Shown here: positions 9,987-23,634 of the stretch, in pieces
Position numbering within the stretch: position 1 is the first letter of the stretch
Layout: each line of letters begins with the position of its first letter
Assembly: GCA_963828805.1 (NCBI GenBank)
Contig: CAWHGS010000045.1
Coordinates: 633-64,632 of the forward strand
Reading direction: 5' to 3'
Source: an uncultured delta proteobacterium
GTDB lineage: Bacteria; Desulfobacterota; BSN033; UBA1163
Length of the DNA: 64,000 bases
The notes under the pieces: generated by a model
The model's input: only the letters and a program-made list of their open reading frames with translations
The model's database searches: none
What the model was told of the DNA's origin: nothing
Program-made: the position numbers and the translations under genes

Positions 9987-11537
9987 ACGATTCCCCTTTC
10001 TTAGAGATCTCGACCAGATGATTCCTGCACGCCTTTAATAGAAATCCTACCGTCACATCTTCGCAAAACCTGACCTGCTCATTTTTCGGTCTCTTTTCCA
10101 ACAGCCGGACGGCATTTTTAAATTCTCTGGCTGCTTCCCTAAACTTCCTCTGACAGCAGTACATGTTTCCGAGGTTAAAATAGGCGAGAACCGAATCCGG
10201 GTTCACATAGATCACTTTCTGAATTGCGTCTCCGCCTCTTTCAAGACGCCTGTTCTGTATAGAGTAATATTCCCAAGTAGATAATACGCCTCAACGCTCA
10301 GGTTGTCCGTCTCTATGATCTTTGCCAGGAGATGTCGCTGCTTCCTTGTATTTTGCCTCGTTCGCCAAAAGCGTCGCCTTCGTAAGATAAGCGAGCATCG
10401 GGTTCGTCACCGGAACGGTCATAGCTCTTGGGGCAAAGGAGAGCGGCTGGATCTTTCATTTCCTTTAGACCGGGAGCGGTCTCTCGATAGGGCGATTCCG
10501 CTTTTTCCTGAACCTCTATCGGACCTTGCCCGGTTCAAGAGGATCGGGTTTCCCCTGAAGCCCGCGCTCTATTCGTTTCGGAAAAGTGGAAGGATCTGCC
10601 CCCCTTTCCTTCACGGGGGTCGCAGTCTCGAGTGGGATCCCCGGGACAGTCGTCCATGGACTGAACGCGCCTTCCTGAACCGGATGCCGACTTCTTTCGG
10701 TAGATGAAGGATTGAGGAAACTCCATCCGCTCAAAGGGATGGGTGATCTGCCACAAGGTCTCCGAATGTCCGAGAAAAAGATAGCCGCCCTGGGCAAGGC
10801 AGCCGTGAAACTTCCCGATGACCCGCCGGGTTGTCTGACGGTCGAAGTAGATCGTCACATTTCTGCAGAAGAGGATATCGACATTCTTGCATCTTTTCAT
10901 GGATGAAGGGATCTTGGGCCAGATTGTGATATTCAAAACAAACCAGCGCTCTTCACGTTTGGGTTAAGGGCGTAGGCAGGGCCCCGGACGTTGAAATACT
11001 TGGCCAGGTATTCTTTGGGCAAATGGGCGATGTCTTTTCCCGATAGATTGCCTTCGTTCGCGCGCGCCAGCCCGCTTCGATTGATGTCTGTGCCCAAAAT
11101 GGAGATGCGCCACTCCTCATGGGAAGGGAGCACCTCCATCATCGCAATAGCGATGGAATAGGCCTCATCTCCCCCGGAACATCCTGCCGACCAGACGCGA
11201 ATCTGTTTATCCTTCGAAGACGCCTTCCTCTCCATGATTTCAGGCAGAACCCATGTCATGAGCACGTCAAACTGAGCCTTGTTTCTGAAGAAATAGGTCT
11301 CTCCGATGGTGATCAAATCGAGGAGTTCTCGTATCTCAAGGCGTCCCTCCGGATGGAATTTAAGGAGGTTATAATATTCCCGGTACGAATCGTAACCTCG
11401 GTGCTGCAAACGCTGCCAAAGAGCAAGGTGCAGAGACTGGCTCCGACTTTCTTCAAAGTGGAGGCCGCTCGTTTCCATGAGCAGTTCCCGAAAAAGCAGC
11501 CAAAATCGTCTGACGAGAGGGGTAACATATTCTTCAT
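9979..11537 (-). pseudogene. cheR: CheR-type protein-glutamate O-methyltransferase with C-terminal TPR repeats, frameshifted
   Basis: CheR pieces are LSSDDFGCFF|RELLMETSGLHFEESRS, ITIGETYFFRNKAQFDVL, IRVWSAGCSGGDEAYSIAIAM and ILFCRNVTIYFD..GGYLFLGHSETL. The TPR tail reads SVEAYYLLGNITLYRTGVLKEAETQFRKVIYVNPDSVLAYFNLGNMYCCQRKFREAAREFKNAVRLL. There are at least four frame changes, one of them in the A5 run at 11491-11495. Confidence 0.7.
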
Positions 11538-12020
11538 GGTGCGAGCTGTCGAGAGCTCGGTGACTTCTTGTTTTGTTAGGAGGTGCTCCAAATTCAAAAT
11601 GGGGATGATCCGTTCCCCCACCCTTGCCATCGCCGATATGACCTCCGATTCCATCGGCACGGGACACCACTTCGGGTAGGGGCATAACCTCTTCTGCGGA
11701 TAAAGAAAGGATCTCCTTCAGGCCGGTGACCGTCAGTCCGACGATGAACTTGTTGACCCTGCAGACAATGATGCGTCTGCTCGGATCGATCCTCAACCGG
11801 TTGCGCGTAGAGTCTCTTTCTCAAATCAATTAAAGCCACGATGTAGTCCTCTCAGGTTGATGACTCCCTCAATAAAAGGCGGGGCCTTAGGAAGAGGATA
11901 AATCTCCTGCGGCCTTAAGACTTCGCGCACACAGGAAAGATCCAAGCCCAATTCCTCGTTCGCCAAACAAAAGACCAGTATCTGTCTCTCCTCTTTTTTC
12001 ACGGGGCTTTCCTTTTGCAT
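11538..12020 (-). pseudogene. cheW: CheW-like coupling protein, frameshifted; no in-frame stop before cheR as assembled
   Basis: The fragments read QILVFCLANEELGLDLSCVREVLRPQEIYPLPKAPPFIEGVINLRG, then RIIVCRVNKFIVGLTVTGLKEILSLSAEEVMPLPEV, then EVISAMARVGERIIPILNLEHLL. The last frame reads straight on into MKNMLPLSSDDF of cheR. Confidence 0.7.
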
Positions 12021-12064
12021 CTCCCGCTCCAGGCTCCATACCCTTGGAAGGCACGGCCGAACTC

Positions 12065-13098
12065 TTATCTCACCATCGCCACAATCTCTCCTGCGATTCT
12101 TTCCAGGGGGAGCACTTTATCGATGACCTTCATTTCTATGGCTGCATGGGGCATGCCAAAAACAACACAGCTCTGCTCATTTTGGGCAATGGTCTTGCCA
12201 TGGAGTTGTTTGATCGCCTTCATGCCCATGGCTCCGTCCCTGCCCATCCCGGTGAGAATGACCGCCACCCCTTCTTTTCCATAGCTCCTGGCCACGGACT
12301 CCAGCAGAACATCTCCTGAGGGCCTGTGGCCTCCATAGGCCGGTTCATTGGAAAGGCTTATCCTTCCGCCATCCCGCACCCTCATGTGAAGGTGGTCCGG
12401 AGCGATGTAGGCCACTCCAGGTCGTATTTCTTCCACATCTTCTCCGATCTTCACCTTGATCTTGCACTCCTTGGCAAGCCAGTCCACCAGGCCTTCCAGG
12501 AAACCGCTGGTGATGTGTTGAACAATAACGATGCCGCAGGGAAAGTCCTCCGGAAGTCTTTTGAGGATCTCATGAAGGGCCTGTGGGCCTCCGGTGGAGG
12601 CAACAATGGCCACGATCTTGTCTGAAACCTTTTCCCCGGGAGCCTGAAGGTCAACGGCCGCCCTTTCATTCCGTAATTTCGTCAGCGGCCGATGCAGGAC
12701 CCGGACACCGTTGAAGAATTTGATCTTGGCGATCAGAGCCTCTCCGGACCTCTTCTCTCCGACGAACTCCAGTTCACTCTTGTCAATGACGTCCAGTGCG
12801 CCGATGCGAGATGGCCTTGAATACCTTCTCCATTCCCGCCTTGAAGGCGGCGGAGGATACAATCAGGATCGGAGTCGGGTGATAAGCCATGATCTGCCGG
12901 GTCGCCTCAAATCCGTCCATGACGGGCATATCGATATCCATGGTGATGATATCCGGTTTGAGGCAGGGCACCAGTTCCACCGCCTCCTTCCCGTTGGTCG
13001 CAACCGCTACCACGAGGATCTGCGGGATCGCGGTTCAGGATGGAGGTTAAGATCTTGCACATCAGCGGAGAATCCTCAACCACCAGCACCCGTATCAT
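12065..13098 (-). pseudogene. cheB: CheB protein-glutamate methylesterase (REC + methylesterase), frameshifted
   Basis: The REC part reads MIRVLVVEDSPLMCKILTSIL and PDIITMDIDMPVMDGFEATRQIM. The esterase part reads IVAIVASTGGPQAL, VIVQHITSGF and [36 protein letters not shown]. The gene is spread over ORFs 12907-13119, 12783-13013 and 12065-12862. Confidence 0.8.
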
Positions 13099-13120
13099 CG
13101 CTTTGACTCCTGACTCCATC

Positions 13121-13498
13121 TCACCCTACCAATCGTTCAATGGTATCCAGGAGATTCGTTTGCTCGAATGCGCTTTTGACAATGTAGGCGGCGGCACCCA
13201 CCTCCATCCCTCTTCTCTTGTCTTCTTCCTTCTGCAAGGCGGTCACCATCACAAAGGGAGTCTCCTGGTATCCTTCCTTCTTCTTGAGGACCCTGCAAAG
13301 CTCAAATCCATCCATCCTCGGCATCTCAATATCACTGACAATGAGGTCGTATCGGGTGCCTTCCATCCTTTCCAGAGCGTCCAAACCATCGACCGCAGTA
13401 TCGACAAGGTACCCATGGGTTTCCAGGATACTCTTCTCAAGCTCCCGGGTCGAGAAGACGTCTTCCACGACCAGGATCCTTTTCTCTTGACGCTTCAC
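13121..13498 (-). CDS. cheY: CheY-like receiver (GTG start overlapping the cheA stop as GTGA)
   Basis: Intact 125-aa ORF with KRILVVEDVFSTRE, YDLIVSDIEMPRMDG, PFVMVTAL and AYIVKS. The GTG start at 13496-13498 overlaps the upstream TGA at 13495-13497. A G5 run (13502-13506) just upstream means a CheA-REC fusion cannot be excluded. Confidence 0.8.
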   Translation of the reverse strand: MKRQEKRILVVEDVFSTRELEKSILETHGYLVDTAVDGLDALERMEGTRYDLIVSDIEMPRMDGFELCRVLKKKEGYQETPFVMVTALQKEEDKRRGMEVGAAAYIVKSAFEQTNLLDTIERLVG

Positions 13499-15423
13499 TC
13501 TGGGGGAGGGGTCTCTCTGCCGTTAACCCGAGGGAGGCTAAGGGCGCTATGAGCAATCAGGTCCGTGATATCGAGGACCACGCACCACCTCGCCCGGTCG
13601 GCATGATGATGGCTCCACTGACATTCTTCACCTTGCCTAAATGCATCCCCAAGCTCTTGATAAAGACTTCTTCCTCTCCAACGATATCATCCACAATGAA
13701 CCCGACCCAGCTGTCGCGGGAGGCTCGCAATCACCACTGACATTTCTTTCTTCGTCTTTCCCTCTCCTCCCCTGAGGGGGAAGTTTAAGCACGTCACTCA
13801 ATCTTACCAAAGGGACGATACTGATCACGCCATGGAATGGCCATTCTTCCTTCAATGGTCGAAACACTCGTTCATCGTCACCCGGATACTCTCTGTAATG
13901 GAGAGCATCGGAAGGGCAAAGAGCATGTCCTGCACCTTTACCAGGAGCACGTGAATCACGGCAATGGTTAAGGGCAGGATCAATGTGAATTTTGTCCCAC
14001 TATTTTTCTGAGTGTCCAGAACCACCCGACCCTTCAGATTCGTGATGTCCCGGCTGACGATATCCAGCCCCATCCCCCTTCCCGAGACATCCGTCACGAC
14101 CGGACTCGTGGAATATCCGTTCATGAATACGAGGTTCAGGACCTCTTTGTCCGTCATCCTCTCCAGGTCGTCGTTCGTCACAAGCTGTTTCTTGAGGGCC
14201 GTCTGCTTGATCTGGTCAATATCCATGCCCCTTCCGTCATCTTCAACGGTGATCACCACATTATCCGCTTCGTGAAAGGCGGAAATCCTGATCGTTCCGT
14301 GCCTTGGTTTTCCTGAAGCGACCCTTGCCTCCGGCTCTTCAATTCCATGATCGATGCAGTTACGCAGGATATGAATGAGAGAGGTCTTGATCCCCTCCAG
14401 GACCTTCTTATCGAGTTCTGTTTCTTCACCGGAAATCACCCACTGGACCTCTTTCCCTCGTTGAGAGGCGATATCCCTCACCATGCGGGGAAATCCCTCT
14501 AAGATCGTGGACAGAGGCAGCATCTTGATCTCTTTCACCCTCGCCTGCAGTTCATCGATCACCGGGTCAAGGTGCAGTGTTCTCCGTGGAGACATCATCA
14601 TACAGCTTCAAGGTATGTTCCCTCAGCTTCTGTATTTGGGCATCACATTGACTGAGCAGCCTCGTCACGTCTCCTTCTCGAGAGGAAACTTCCTTCTTAA
14701 TGGCTTCGTTTAAACTGGAAATACTTTTCTGCGCCTCCTTGCTGAGTTTGGAAAGTCTCTTGGCCTGAGCAATCTTGGCCGAGGATTTCATCTTGTTGAT
14801 GACCACTTCTCCCACCAAATAGAGGAGCTTATCCACCCGGCTCAGCGGAACGCGGATGTATTCCTCTCGTTGTGCCGGCGGATGAAGGGCGGCCCCTTCG
14901 CCGACGGGGGATCGCGCCCTCGTCCTGCGTCCTTTCTCCCGGTGGCTCCTTCCCTTCCGCGCCTTTCTCTGGTTTCGGCCGCCTCGTTCTCCCTCTTTCG
15001 TCCTCTCCCTCGCTTGCGCTGCTTTCCGATCCCTTGTTTCCCGGCGAGGCACGCTTCCAGCTCCCTGCAGAGATCCGATGCATCGACATCGATCTCTTCT
15101 TCTCTGGACTATCTTTTCTAAGAGGGTCCTGATCGCATCAAGTCCCTTAAATATTCTCTCAGCCATGAAGGAACTGAAAACGGCCCTTTTCTCGGCGACC
15201 CCTTCAAAGATATCTTCGATCCGGTGGGCGATATCCTGAATTTCAGAAAATCCAAAAACCCGGGCCGCGCCTTTCAGGGTATGCACTTCTCGGTTCAGAC
15301 CCCTCACCAGCTCAAGGTTGTCAGGCTGCTTTCTCTAACGCGACGAGCCCATTGTCCAGTCGGGTCAGGTGCTCTTCGGTTTCTGCCTTGAAAATCGCGA
15401 TCAGGTCTTTCATCTCAGGCATA
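13495..15423 (-). pseudogene. cheA: CheA histidine kinase (Hpt, dimerisation, HATPase, CheW-like P5), frameshifted
   Basis: The start reads MPEMKDLIAIFKAETEEHLT (ATG at 15421-15423). The Hpt domain reads LNREVHTLKGAARVFGF. An Arg/Lys/Glu-rich linker follows, then IRVPLSRVDKLLYLVGEVVINK. The HATPase part reads LIHILRNCIDHGIE, ITVEDDGRGMD, NGYSTSPVVTDVSGRGMGLDIV and SGTKFTLILPLT. The P5 fragments lie at 13500-13870. Confidence 0.8.
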
Positions 15424-15462
15424 CCTCACGTCCCTCGTTTTTCCTCCTCTTCCGCCTCTAAC

Positions 15463-18057
15463 CTAATGTCCTGCGATCGCGCTCTTGAGTTCCTCCGATA
15501 GGGTACTGAGCAGTGCGGCGGATTCTGCCGCCTGCCGGGTGGAAGAGGCAAACTGTTTGGTGACAGAATCGATTTCCCTCATCGCTTGCACCACCTGCTC
15601 GGATGCAAACTTCTGCTGTTGTGTCGCGATGGAAATCTCCTTTGCGGATTTGGCCGTCTCCTCGATCATCTCCAGCCCTTTTTTGACCCATTGGGTTGAT
15701 CCTTCAATGCTCATGATCGTTCCGTTCGTTTCTCCCTGGATTTCGTTGATCAGCTGACGGATTTCCTCGGTCGATTCGGAGGAACGTTCTGCAAGTTTCC
15801 TCACCTCTTGGGCAACCACCGCAAAACCCCTCCCCACCTCTCCCGCCCGGGCTGCCTCAATGGCTGCGTTCAAAGCCAGGAGGTTCGTCTGATCGGCAAT
15901 GTCATCGATAAGTTTCGTGATATTGCCGATGGATTGGGATTTCTCCCCTAAAGAGAGGATCTTTCTGGCCGTATCATTGACCTTCGAATTGATCTCCCGC
16001 ATCCCCGCCAATGTATCCGCTGCGATCCTGGCCACGTTTTCAGCATTCTCGGCGATCCGCGTGGCGGTGTGGTCCAGTTCCTCAATCGTGGCGGTCACCT
16101 CGCTGACCGCTGAAGACTGCCCGGCTGCTCCGGCGGCCTGCTCTTCAGAAGCCGCTTGAATCTGAGCCGAAGAGGTGCTGATCTGGAGGCCGGCGTTTCG
16201 GATGTGTTTGACCATCCTCTTCGCTTCTTCGTACAGTTGCGCACTGGCGATGGTACCCGCAATCTGGGCTCCGATGCTCTCGGCAAGAACGACGTTAGCC
16301 TCCGTATAGGCATTCGGCGTCAAGGAGTGTAAGTGCAGCACTCCGATCACCCGATCTTTTGAGATCAGCGGAACTGCCATCAAAGACCGAAACCCGGCCT
16401 GAAAGGCGACTGCAGGCTGGGAAGTGCGTTTCCCAATCTCAGCGATGCCCTCCGCCTGCAGCAGCAGGCTCGAACGGGTTCGCATCACTTTTTCGGTGGT
16501 GGATCCTGCAACGGGAAGGATCTCTTCGGACCGAAGGTCTTCAGTGCCCTTTCCAAGGGCATAGGCAGTGTAGAAACCGGCTTTTTCAGGATGAATGATA
16601 TCGATCGAAATCCGATCAAAGGGGATGATTTTCCCTACCTCTTCGGCAAAGTATCGGTAGACCCTATCTATTTCGAGCGTGGAACTGATGATCCGTCCGA
16701 TGTTGGCCACGAACTCTCTTTCCTCGGCCAGCTTCTGGACGGCTTGTTTTTCCCTTTGCAGCTCCTCCTCGGTTCGCTTGAGGTCTGTGATGTCCTTGAT
16801 CGTCCCCTTGCAGCCGATGGCATTTCCCTTGGAATCCCTCCTCGTGGTCGCCGTTACCAAAGCATAGATCCTTTTTCCGTCTTTTCTTCTAAACCCCTGC
16901 TCTACATCCTTCACAAAGTCCTGTTTCGACAGCATCTCCTGAAACTTGATTGGATCTTCCGGATTGAAATAGAGTTGGGCCATCGACTCGAGCTTCAGGA
17001 TCTCTTCTTTGCTGTCGTACCCGAACATCTCGACGGCGGCCTCATTCAGGTCGACAAATTTTCCATCCTTGGTAATGATGAAAATGGGTTCCTTAGAGCC
17101 ATTAAACAGGGCACGATATTTCTCCTCGGATTCCCGGAGCGCCTGTTCCGCCAGCTTGCGTTCCGTGATATCCTCGTAGGTCACGAGCCGCCTTCCATCG
17201 GCCAAGACAACAGGCCTGAAGAGAATCTCTTTCACGGAGCCGTCTTTACAGGTGACTGCGAAGACCCGGGGCCGGGCCTTCCCTGCCTTTGCCGCACCGA
17301 CGTCTTCTTTCCAGCAAGCCACGACTTTCTGCCGGTACTCCGGATCAGGGTAAGCCTTCTCGAACCAGTTCTTGCCCGTCGGAATATCTTCCAGAGTATA
17401 TCCAAATATCTCCGTAAACTTGGGATTGACAAACTCATACGTGCCCCCCTTCTTGACCGTGCTCAATCCGATGGGGGCATGGGTCACCAAACCTCTGAAT
17501 CTCTCCTCCGATTCCCGCAACGTTTCCTGCGAATGCTTCAGGCTTGCGAACATCGACTGAAAGGCTTTGCCAACCGTATCCTGATCCGACCTCACTTCCA
17601 TTTTAGGGTCTAAATTTCCTTCCGATACGCTGGAAACAGCCCCTGCCGTTTCCCTCATCCAATGCATCATCTCCTGAAAGGACCTTGACAATTTTCCGAT
17701 TTCGTCCTGGGCATCCACCTCCACGGGTTGAGTCAGATCCCCCGTTTTCGCTGCCACTGCCATGGCGGCGGCCAGTTTGCCAAGAGGATCCACGATCTTT
17801 CTCGTGATCCCATAAAGGACGGTCACGGCCAGACCCAACACGACCACTATGGAGAGGAGCATCTTTGTCTTCAGGAGATCGATGGAGGTCAGAAGAAATT
17901 CCGAACCTCCCGGGCTGAACAGCGTCTGCTGCTTCAGGGCCGCCTTGAAGAGAAGGAAGTGGTATGCACTCAGGCCGAGGATCGACAGCGCACCGACCAC
18001 GATGAACCAAAAGATGAATTGGTGGCCCAGTTTTGAAAAGAACCTCCATTTCAGCAT
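15463..18057 (-). CDS. mcp: Methyl-accepting chemotaxis protein with TM/HAMP, two PAS domains and a GAF domain
   Basis: Intact long ORF. The likely start is [11 protein letters not shown] (ATG at 18055-18057, with a GGGAGGG RBS 6 nt upstream). It has two hydrophobic helices, a HAMP-like [23 protein letters not shown], and PAS blocks ([14 protein letters not shown].., [20 protein letters not shown]..). A GAF block ([30 protein letters not shown]) follows, then the MCP signalling hairpin [44 protein letters not shown]. Confidence 0.9.
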   Translation of the reverse strand: MLKWRFFSKLGHQFIFWFIVVGALSILGLSAYHFLLFKAALKQQTLFSPGGSEFLLTSIDLLKTKMLLSIVVVLGLAVTVLYGITRKIVDPLGKLAAAMAVAAKTGDLTQPVEVDAQDEIGKLSRSFQEMMHWMRETAGAVSSVSEGNLDPKMEVRSDQDTVGKAFQSMFASLKHSQETLRESEERFRGLVTHAPIGLSTVKKGGTYEFVNPKFTEIFGYTLEDIPTGKNWFEKAYPDPEYRQKVVACWKEDVGAAKAGKARPRVFAVTCKDGSVKEILFRPVVLADGRRLVTYEDITERKLAEQALRESEEKYRALFNGSKEPIFIITKDGKFVDLNEAAVEMFGYDSKEEILKLESMAQLYFNPEDPIKFQEMLSKQDFVKDVEQGFRRKDGKRIYALVTATTRRDSKGNAIGCKGTIKDITDLKRTEEELQREKQAVQKLAEEREFVANIGRIISSTLEIDRVYRYFAEEVGKIIPFDRISIDIIHPEKAGFYTAYALGKGTEDLRSEEILPVAGSTTEKVMRTRSSLLLQAEGIAEIGKRTSQPAVAFQAGFRSLMAVPLISKDRVIGVLHLHSLTPNAYTEANVVLAESIGAQIAGTIASAQLYEEAKRMVKHIRNAGLQISTSSAQIQAASEEQAAGAAGQSSAVSEVTATIEELDHTATRIAENAENVARIAADTLAGMREINSKVNDTARKILSLGEKSQSIGNITKLIDDIADQTNLLALNAAIEAARAGEVGRGFAVVAQEVRKLAERSSESTEEIRQLINEIQGETNGTIMSIEGSTQWVKKGLEMIEETAKSAKEISIATQQQKFASEQVVQAMREIDSVTKQFASSTRQAAESAALLSTLSEELKSAIAGH

Positions 18058-18175
18058 TGACACCCTCCCTTTCCGCTCATCGCGTGACGGGAATGAGCGG
18101 TCTCTGAACAAGAAATTGGATGGCTCAACTCCATCCGATGGATTGCCTCAGGAAAGCGCCTTCCCGCTGCCGGTT

Positions 18176-19655
<1,480 letters not shown>

Positions 19656-19672
<17 letters not shown>

Positions 19673-20048
19673 CCAATCCTCCTAACGTTCTCAAAACAGC
19701 GTCCCGAAGGGTCTCAGGCGTGAAGGGTTTGTGGACGAACCCGGCCCCTTTCTGCCTCAGCCCCTCTTTGCGGGTTTCGCTGCCTTCGGTGGAGACGATG
19801 ATGACCGGCAGATCTGCGGTCGCCGGATTCTGCCTTATCCTGTTGATCATCTCCTCCCCGTCCATGACGGGCATGTTGATGTCCACTAAGGCGAGGTCGA
19901 TCCAGTTCCCATCCAGCACCTTCAAGGCTTCCTGCCCGTTGGGGGCCTCATGGACCTCGCCCAGGGGCAATTGACTGAGACGTAAGGTCTTGATGATGAT
20001 CGACCGCATCACAGAACTGTCGTCGACAACGAGAATGTTCAATGCCAT
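19656..20048 (-). CDS. cheY: CheY response regulator
   Basis: Intact 130-aa ORF with LNILVVDDSSVMR, IDLALVDINMPVMDG, PVIIVSTE and FVHKPF. Confidence 0.9.
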
Positions 20049-20084
20049 GGCACACTCCTATGGGTTTCCCAACCCGGTCTCGTG

Positions 20085-20567
20085 TTAAAGGTTTCTCATT
20101 TGTCCCACGCTCCGAATCATCACTTTTCCGGTGCCGATCTCGAGAGACATCGTCCTCGAATTGCCGCCGCCCACATCATGGGACTTCAATAACAGCCCAT
20201 TCTTCCAGAGAAGCTTCCGCAACATGATCATGTTCCTCTTGCCGATCTGAAACAGGTCGTTCCTGTCTCCGTTCTGGGAGTTGGCTCCTCCTGCGACCAT
20301 GATCTCCAGCCGTTGCTTCTGTGCGCCGGCCCTGAAGCACTCAACGATCAGTTTCGGCACCCCTGTGTCGACGAACATGAATGGGTTTCTTTCAGCCTTG
20401 ACGAGGTCGATCGTCGAAAGCGGCAACATCACATGGAGTAGCCCGCCCACACAGGCCACCGGATCGTGGACTGTAATGCCCAGGCAGCTTCCCAGGGCAT
20501 GGGTGATCACCAGATCGCCTCGCTGGGTTGAAACCTTCATATCACCAACACCTACGGTATGGATCAC
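20085..20567 (-). CDS. cheD: CheD chemoreceptor glutamine deamidase
   Basis: Intact 160-aa ORF with VITHALGSCLGITVHDPVACVGGLLHVMLP and EIMVAGGAN, the typical CheD core with the catalytic Cys. Confidence 0.9.
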   Translation of the reverse strand: MIHTVGVGDMKVSTQRGDLVITHALGSCLGITVHDPVACVGGLLHVMLPLSTIDLVKAERNPFMFVDTGVPKLIVECFRAGAQKQRLEIMVAGGANSQNGDRNDLFQIGKRNMIMLRKLLWKNGLLLKSHDVGGGNSRTMSLEIGTGKVMIRSVGQMRNL

Positions 20568-20598
20568 TCCTCACACCTCGGAAGACCAGGGAGGGGTC

Positions 20599-21526
20599 TC
20601 ATTTCATATAGATGGCCGGCTGCACGTAGCGAAATTTATGGTGTGAGCCCGCCAGGCTCTCAGCGTGGCCGACAAAAAGGTGGCCCTCTGGCCTGAGCAG
20701 CCTCCAGAAACGGTCAATTAATTTTTCCTGCGAGGGCTTGTCAAAATAGATCATCACATTCCGACAGAAGATCACATCGAAAGGACCCTTCATGGGCCAC
20801 TCCCCCATCAGGTTAAGCCGGGCAAAGTTGACTTGACGGCGTAACGGCTCAAGCACCCGGTAACGCCGCACCGGATTTGTCTCGATGCAGGTAAAGTATT
20901 TGGAGACCAGTAAGGGCGGCACATCCCGCAGGTTGTCTGCATCGTAGATACCCCTGCGACCCTGTTCGAGCATGCGGCTTGAAAGGTCAGTCGCCAGGAT
21001 ACGGATGTCCCACAGGGCGAGGTCTTGGATGGCTTCATTGAGCAGGATGGCCGTGGAGTAAGGTTCTTCGCCGGAGGAACAGCCCGCGCTCCAGATTCGG
21101 ACCTTTCGGTTTCTGAGGCCCGGGCAAGATCCGCCGGCAGAGGTAATCGAAGTGCTTCGGCTCCCGTAAGAAACTGGTCTTGTTTGTGGTGATGACGTCA
21201 ATCATTGCAACAAGTTCCCCATCGGGGGGGTCGCGCCTCAAGTACTCCAGGTACGCATCAAAACTTCCCAGTCCCAGTGCCCGCAGCCGCTTTGTCAAGC
21301 GGGTTTTGACCAGCTCCTGTTTGCTCGGGGTCAAGTTGATTCCACTCAATTGAAATACCAGTTCGCGGATCTTCTCAAATTGTGCCTTTTCCAGCTTCAG
21401 GGGCGTGAATCCCGTGGACATCCTCACGTCCCCGATTTGACGTGGACCGGCTGGGGATTCCTCCAGAAATTTACGGCTGTCGAGCTCGATACCCGTCTCT
21501 GATTTTACTGGAAGTGGTGTTGCCAT
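20599..21526 (-). pseudogene. cheR: CheR protein-glutamate O-methyltransferase, frameshifted
   Basis: The N-terminal helical domain reads KAQFEKIRELVFQLSGINL..LVKTRLTKRL and TTNKTSFLREPKHFDYL (ORF 21035-21526). The methyltransferase part reads VRIWSAGCSSGEEPYSTAILL, ILATDLS and VIFCRNVMIYFD..GHLFVGHAESL (ORF 20599-21201). The true start may be the internal Met near 21421. Confidence 0.8.
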
Positions 21527-21680
21527 TTTCCCCTAAATATTGTAAACCCGAACTACCCCTTGCTTGTCCCGGATCGGATTAACCTCTTCACCGTATTCCC
21601 GGTCGTGCCGTGCCTATCGGCACAGAACTCCTGGGAAACACTCGAAGGGTTGCCCCCAAGACTCATGCGTACACGGTTTT

Positions 21681-22962
21681 TCAGAAAGCCTTGAGGACTT
21701 CCTCGTCTTTTTCCTCGTGGAAGGGAATGATCTTTTTCGGATCGAGATGAGCGATACGGTCACCCTCCACCGGCTTCTTGAGTTCACCCTGTTTGGCGTT
21801 GGCAGTTACCGTGGTTTTGTCCCCCTCTCACCCCATGGTGGAGGACGTCGGCCGTATGGTGCTGGAGGCTGTTGCCCCCATGCCTTGCTCTCTGGGCCAC
21901 CCGGCCATCTCCCGTTATGAGACCCGTTGGAGCCCCCTGCGATAGCGACGAGGTCCTGAATCATGCCGTTGACCTGTTTGACCTGGGCATTGAGCTCTTC
22001 GTCGCCGACGCAGACTCCTCGGCATTGGCCGCATTGGACTGGGTCACCTGGTTCATCTGAGTCACAGCCGTGGCGACCTGCTCAATCCCCTGGGCCTGCT
22101 CCTTGCTGGCCACTGCGATCTCGGAGACCAGGCCGCTGGCCTTCCTCACAATCCTCACCATGATCCTTTAAGGCCATGTTCGTCTCTTGGATACGCTGAA
22201 CCCCTGGTCCGAAGTCTTGATCGAACCCTCGATCAGGGCAGCCGTATTTCGCGCCGCCTCCCCTGCCCGCCGCGCCAGATTGCGCACCTCTTCGGCCACC
22301 ACGGCAAAACCCTTGCCCGCATCACCGGCACGAGCCGCTTCAACCGCTGCATTGAGCGCCAACAGGTTCGTCTGAAAGGCGATCTCATCAATCGTCTTCA
22401 CAACCTTGGAGCTGGCGTCCGAGGTTCTCTTGATCTCCTCCATGGCTGCGTGCAGCTGTTTCATCAATTCCTTCCCCTTGTCGATGTTGTTCTCAGCCTC
22501 GGACATCAGTTTCACAGCCTCGTCGCTATTACTTGCGTTCTGCTTGGTCATGGAGGCAATCTCCTCGAGGGAAGAAGAGGTCTCCTCAATACTGGAGGCC
22601 TGTTCGCTTGCGCCCTGTGCCATCTGCTGGCTGGCCTGCGAGACCTGAACCGCTGCAGACGATACCTGCTCGGCTCCTCCGGAAAGGCCTTCAATGATCT
22701 GCCTGAGGGGACCTGTCATGGAACGGGCCTGATAAATCTCAACGACGATTAAAATAAGGAGGCCCAGGAGCCCCAACAAAATAACTCTTGTTAAGAACCC
22801 TTTGAATATCTGATCGTAGGTGTTGGGTGATACCACCTTTCCACGGGCTGCTTCAGCGAGTTGGTTCTGAAAAGTCATGATCGTTATAAGAACGATTGCC
22901 AGAACGAACAATACGAACACAGCCGGAATTATGAATGCCCTTTTTCTCGACTTAAGCGCCAT
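21681..22962 (-). pseudogene. mcp: Methyl-accepting chemotaxis protein (short ectodomain, HAMP, signalling domain), frameshifted in the 3' third
   Basis: ORF 22168-22962 has TM helices, HAMP-like [10 protein letters not shown], and [48 protein letters not shown]. The gene continues in ORF 21961-22161 (VSEIAVASKEQAQGIEQVATAVTQMNQVTQSNAANAEESAS). The tail reads ..IPFHEEKDEEVLKAF, with the stop TGA at 21681-21683. Confidence 0.8.
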
Positions 22963-23078
22963 TGGTCACCTCCCGCTTCCTTGGCCCCTCGATTCAGCGC
23001 TTCTACCGCAATCGGTTAGACCGCTTGAAGAAATGTGGAACTCACCTCTCCTCTTAATTTCCAAATCAGGGAACAGAT

Positions 23079-23634
23079 TCAGTCTTTGATTTGGGCTGCC
23101 TTATCTAAAATGGCAATTTCTTCTCCGCTGAGCACCCGATCAATATCCAGCAGGGTCATGACCTTCTGGTCAACCTTTCCCATCCCCAGGATGAAGTCGG
23201 TCCTGATATTTGCACCAAAGGAAGGCGGAGGCTCCATCTGGCTCTGGCCGATATTGATCACGTCGGAAACCTCGTCCACAATGATCCCCATGGTCAACTC
23301 CTGAGCAGTCTGCGCGAGGTTGCACCACGATGATGCAGGTTCTCTGCCCGTCCTCTTTGGCCTCCATCCCGAACTTAAGACGCAGGTCGATGACCGGGAT
23401 GACCTTGCCGCGGAGGTTGATGACCCCGCGCACATAGGCGGGAATCGTGGGGACAGCGGTGATGTCCATCATCCCGATGATCTCGCGGACCTTTAAGATT
23501 TCGAGGCCATACTTCTCATTGGCCATCAGAAAGGTCAAATATTTTCCTCCCTCAAGGGCTCTGACCCGGTTGCTCCCCTGGGCATCCTGCCCGGTCTTAG
23601 CCATGGTTGTATTCGTTCGGTTGTTCATTGTCAT
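23079..23634 (-). pseudogene. cheW: CheW coupling protein, one frameshift; not separated from cheA by a stop as assembled
   Basis: The sequence GKYLTFLMANEKYGLEILKVREIIGMMDITAVPTIPAYVRGVINLRGKVIPVIDLRLKFGM..QRTCIIVVQ sits in frame behind cheA. The rest, ELTMGIIVDEVSDVINIG..ILGMGKVDQKVMTLLDIDRVL, is in ORF 23079-23435. It is a close paralogue of the CheW at 28375-28887. An AAGGAAG RBS and ATG (23632-23634) precede it. Confidence 0.75.

Noticed and set aside
13121-13498. Treating the receiver as the C-terminal domain of a hybrid CheA-REC (Wsp-like).
   Set aside because: As assembled, the CheA frame ends in TGA overlapping a GTG start (GTGA), a classic coupled two-gene junction, so I list it as a separate cheY. 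The adjacent G5 run keeps the fusion possible, and this is noted in the feature evidence.
16591-17613. Long ORFs antisense to intact genes: 16591-17613 (340 aa, opposite the MCP), 49406-50608 (400 aa, opposite the TRAP permease), 53690-54535, 57727-58479 and 63098-63661.
   Set aside because: Each lies entirely within a strongly supported gene on the other strand. They have low-complexity, motif-free translations and no RBS or start context.
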